Below are positions 61,630 through 64,000 of a DNA stretch of 64,000 nt, in pieces (positions within the stretch are counted from its first letter, which is position 1; each line of letters opens with the position of its first letter). The notes under the pieces were generated by a model. That model saw only the letters and a list, made by a program, of their open reading frames with translations, was not told the origin of the DNA and searched no databases. Origin of the DNA: a virus. Taxonomy: Duplodnaviria > Caudoviricetes. The DNA is taken from positions 1,184 to 65,183 of IMG/VR virus record IMGVR_UViG_3300020576_005084. One strand, given 5' to 3'. The translations under genes and the position numbers were made by a program.

Positions 61630-63752
61630 ACGCGCAAGCCCCTTCTCATGCTGTAATGGTATATTATCGAGTTCAGGTTGAAACTCTCGATGTAGTTGGT
61701 GCCACACGTTATGGCGACCTGTACGTTCTCCGCGGTCCCGGTCATGTCGACGTCTGTGGGAAGGAGGGTCTGCCCGTCCCAGATGAAATTGTCCCAGTAG
61801 AAAGCATCCCAGAAAGGAATGGCCGTCAGGTTTGACGAATAATCGACCGGCGACGGCTGTCCGATCATGTCTGTGCCATAGCCGAGCTTGTAGCCGAAAG
61901 CGATCGCGGCGTAGAAGCTGCTCTGGATCTCGATGCTGGCGGCGCGGAAGCGCTTCAGGATACGTGGCGACTTGATGGCGTTCCACGCCAGCATTGCGCG
62001 AGCAGCGATCGGGCCTCCATCAAACGAAGGGCCTACATCCAACTGATACACGTACCCAAGCTCGTCGGTGGATCCGAAATAAGACACCTCGCCGCCGGAA
62101 AGGGCGTTGTTGGTGTCGATGCAGTTCACCGGGTTCGGGAAATATACCGGGCAAGCACCCAGATACTGGTCATTGACCGACGTGACATAGAGGCCGTATC
62201 CGTCGCTGAAGAACAGGCGGTACTGGCTCTTGGCGTGCGACAACGCGCTTGCGCTGGTCTTGCTCGCTTCTGACTGAATGAACGGAAAGATGTTCTTGGT
62301 CAACACAGAGGAGTCGAAGTTGCCGAAGTTCAGCGATGCTTTCAGAGACACCACACCCATGTTGTCAAGCATGAAAATGTCGAAGAAGTTCTGCGCGGTG
62401 TAAGGCAGCGCCGACACACCACTGTTGTAGGTGATCAGGTTGAACGTCGTCGGATCTGTGCCGTACAGGATGTTCGCGGCGTTTTGCGTAAAGACCGCCA
62501 GCGTGGCCGTGGTCGTGGATCCCACCGAGCTGAGCAGTCCGGTGATGTCGTCGCCGACCGCGATTTCACCACCACCGTCGGTCGTCAGGTATTTGAACGG
62601 TGTTCCGATGCCGGAATGGATCAACGAGCTCTCGAACGACAGGAACAACATGTTCTTGTGGATCGCGATGAATTTCGGGCGATCGTCGGCCAGACCAGTC
62701 GTGATCGGCGCGTAGGTTTCGCCGTCGAATTCGAAGGCCTTGTTGGCGTTATCGCAGCCGTAGATCCGGCGCGTGCTGGACGAGCCGGAAAAGTTGCCCT
62801 TGTCGAACTGGTACTTGCCACCCGGCTGGATGACAATAGCAGTCTCCGCACCAGTGAGATTGAGCGTGGCGCCCGAGGGGGCGCAAGTCGCCGCACCGGC
62901 TGTAAAAGGGCCGCCGACAATGTTGGTGATGACCAGCTGGCCAGCAAGCGTGCTGGCTCCGAACGTACCGGACTGAACCTGCACACGCATGATGGTGGCG
63001 GTTACGCCACCCTTGGTGATGGTGTCGCCGTCCTGCGGTTCTGCGATCGCACCCCCAGTGAACTGGATGGTGTTGAACAGAGGCACATTCACCCAGCCTG
63101 CGGTCGAGGCCTTGTAGATGTCGCAGGCCGTGCCTGCTGCGTTGTCTCGGAAGGCGTAGACATTGTCCCGATTGGAGAAGGTCATCGCCACAACGCCGCG
63201 GATGGCGCCTGATCCCGGCACCGGGCCGATGTCGGCACGATAGTTTTCATACGCCAGCGCGAGATACTGCGCGTTGAGCAGCGACGTGATAGGTGAGGTG
63301 GCGTTTACCGCGGTGCCGATCAGGATGACGCCAACATAGACACCATGGCTGGTATCGAAGGTGCCGGTGACCTTGGTCACCACGATGTAAGGTGCTGCGC
63401 CCGTCACGATCGCGATCACAACACCAGTAGCGCCGCTGACCAGCTGGTTGACGGTATCCCCGGGGGCAGGAGCATTGGTGAAGGCGTCAAGATTGATGAC
63501 GGTGTATGTGCCGTTGTGCGGCGCGGGCTGGCCGCTGAAGCGCTCGTAGCCTTGGATGCGGGCGTACCCGCCAGACTGGCTGCATTCGAAATTGACGACA
63601 TCACGCAAGGCGCCGGGCTGCAGCGACAGGCTAGGCGTGGTGAGATCCAGCCCGCCCGGGAACATCTGGCCGTTGCCAGTTACGCCACCACCCAGACGGG
63701 TGATCTCATACTTGACCGGCACTGCAGCGAAAGGAGCCTTACCCCGTGCCAT
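61626..63752 (-). CDS. Tail nozzle / head-closure protein (P22 gp10-like beta-propeller)
   Basis: 708 aa; 'GGLDLTTP', 'N.EC...GGY.RI.GYERF'; beta-rich; follows the adaptor gene. Confidence 0.7.
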   Translation of the reverse strand: MARGKAPFAAVPVKYEITRLGGGVTGNGQMFPGGLDLTTPSLSLQPGALRDVVNFECSQSGGYARIQGYERFSGQPAPHNGTYTVINLDAFTNAPAPGDTVNQLVSGATGVVIAIVTGAAPYIVVTKVTGTFDTSHGVYVGVILIGTAVNATSPITSLLNAQYLALAYENYRADIGPVPGSGAIRGVVAMTFSNRDNVYAFRDNAAGTACDIYKASTAGWVNVPLFNTIQFTGGAIAEPQDGDTITKGGVTATIMRVQVQSGTFGASTLAGQLVITNIVGGPFTAGAATCAPSGATLNLTGAETAIVIQPGGKYQFDKGNFSGSSSTRRIYGCDNANKAFEFDGETYAPITTGLADDRPKFIAIHKNMLFLSFESSLIHSGIGTPFKYLTTDGGGEIAVGDDITGLLSSVGSTTTATLAVFTQNAANILYGTDPTTFNLITYNSGVSALPYTAQNFFDIFMLDNMGVVSLKASLNFGNFDSSVLTKNIFPFIQSEASKTSASALSHAKSQYRLFFSDGYGLYVTSVNDQYLGACPVYFPNPVNCIDTNNALSGGEVSYFGSTDELGYVYQLDVGPSFDGGPIAARAMLAWNAIKSPRILKRFRAASIEIQSSFYAAIAFGYKLGYGTDMIGQPSPVDYSSNLTAIPFWDAFYWDNFIWDGQTLLPTDVDMTGTAENVQVAITCGTNYIESFNLNSIIYHYSMRRGLRV

Positions 63753-64000
63753 TACGCAAGCGGCTCCCCGCTGTTGAATTCGGGGAGATAGAGCATCTCG
63801 AGCTTGGCCATCATGTCGCCTTCGCCGTCGACGGCGCGCTGGTGCACTTCCGGTGCGCTTTCATAGGCGGCGTAGTAGCGCATGGCGCGATACACGATGA
63901 GCATGTCGAAACGCTTCGGTAGACGCCACGTCAGGCCGCGGTTCTTGGGCTCGTCGGCATCCAGCGTCATGATCTGCGGCGCCCAGTAGAAGTCGCCGGT
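63752..64000 (-). CDS. Head-tail adaptor protein, C-terminal part (5' end outside the window)
   Basis: The frame continues to the window edge; 'LP.RF..LIVYRAM..YA.YE.APEV' is typical of the podovirus adaptor C-terminus. Confidence 0.65.
   Translation of the reverse strand, partial: TGDFYWAPQIMTLDADEPKNRGLTWRLPKRFDMLIVYRAMRYYAAYESAPEVHQRAVDGEGDMMAKLEMLYLPEFNSGEPLA

Noticed and set aside
1-64000. tRNA or rRNA genes, integrase/att site, CI repressor, tail-chaperone slippery frameshift, alternative genetic code
   Set aside because: No cloverleaf or rRNA-like segment, no recombinase motif and no long-tail genes were seen. ORFs read normally with all three standard stop codons.

Overview
The window is most of the genome of a GC-rich, podovirus-type tailed phage of an alphaproteobacterial host (it encodes GcrA- and GapR-like proteins). 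No integrase or CI-type repressor was recognised, so it is probably lytic. Virion, packaging and lysis genes run on the minus strand (1-17.7 kb and 43.2-64 kb). Early, accessory and replication genes run on the plus strand (18.1-43.1 kb). The two window ends look colinear (capsid, decoration proteins, partial ORF at base 1, then partial adaptor at base 64000, nozzle, fibre, ejected proteins), so the genome is probably circularly permuted with only a short gap. Main observations: (1) two type II hammerhead ribozymes bracket a single early ORF (18436-18493 and 18869-18928); double cleavage would release a 434-nt monocistronic RNA with 5'-OH and cyclic-phosphate ends, which could circularise and rebuild a hammerhead at the junction; (2) a short acidic peptide, D-x(0-2)-D-L-[LVIA]-[GE], recurs at or near the termini of about a dozen unrelated replication, nuclease and packaging proteins, written with different synonymous codons; (3) a 2632-aa putative ejected polyvalent protein has an HExxH peptidase motif and four FSP[KR] linkers separating an HhH-GPD glycosylase-like domain and a GNAT-like domain; (4) an intein with a single LAGLIDADG-like motif is inserted at a putative metal-ligand cysteine of a Gp88-like protein; (5) a phage GcrA/GapR/adenine-methylase set occurs alongside TGATTCG sites near gene starts and a palindromic operator shared by early promoters. 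All family assignments come from motif recognition by eye; no database searches were run.
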